A DNA stretch of 64,000 nt from TPA_inf: Saccharomyces (taxonomy: Eukaryota), in assembly GCA_000146045.2 (NCBI GenBank), contig BK006938.2, positions 992,001 through 1,056,000 on the forward strand, given 5' to 3'. The position numbers were made by a program, and so were the translations under genes. Below, piece by piece: positions 63,893 to 64,000 of the stretch; within the stretch, counting starts at the first letter, position 1; each line of letters opens with the position of its first letter. Under the pieces are notes generated by a model, which was not told the origin of the DNA, searched no databases, and saw nothing but the letters and a program-made list of their open reading frames with translations.

Positions 63893-64000
63893 AACGCTTC
63901 GTCATTAGATATACAAATGCAGGTAGAAAAAAAAACATATATAAGCTCATGTAAATAGTGCAATGCAAACCTTTCTGCCAAATCCCGTTCCACGGAAAAA

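Overview
This window reads as Saccharomyces cerevisiae chromosome IV, right arm, the syntenic block YDR262W to YDR296W (MHR1). The call rests on the translated ORFs and the gene order, not on a database search. It is a dense, ordinary core-genome region, not an accessory island. I found no evidence of a novel multi-gene system.

Supported features:
- 29 protein-coding genes: YDR262W, DIN7, AKR1, PEX10, HEL2, CIA1, MSW1, CCC2, GLO2, DON1, BSC2, PMP3, MTH1, RNH202, RRP45, PHM6, YDR282C, GCN2, DPP1, ZIP1, YDR286C, INM2, NSE3, RTT103, HRQ1, SRP101, SSD1, DPL1, HDA2, MHR1.
- Two tRNA genes: tRNA-Gly(GCC) on the + strand at 832..902 and tRNA-Glu(CUC) on the - strand at 25207..25278.
- The 5' end of a minus-strand Ty1 at 1..642 (Gag N-terminus, primer-binding site, exactly 334-bp delta), abutting a truncated + strand delta fragment, upstream of tRNA-Gly.
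- A block of degenerate LTR debris upstream of tRNA-Glu.
- A perfectly preserved 341-bp solo Ty3 sigma at 31137..31477 with an intact 5-bp target-site duplication (TACAA) but no adjacent tRNA.

Other points:
- The sigma lies 34 bp beyond the YDR282C stop codon.
- Several promoter motifs fit known biology of the downstream genes: Aft1 sites before CCC2, an MSE before DON1, URS1 before ZIP1, a Pho4 E-box before PHM6, a ZRE-like site before DPP1, and STRE cores before PMP3.
- Homopolymer tracts and a coding (ATC)n microsatellite in RTT103 are flagged.
- All gene identities are from recall of protein sequences, motifs and synteny. No database search was possible.
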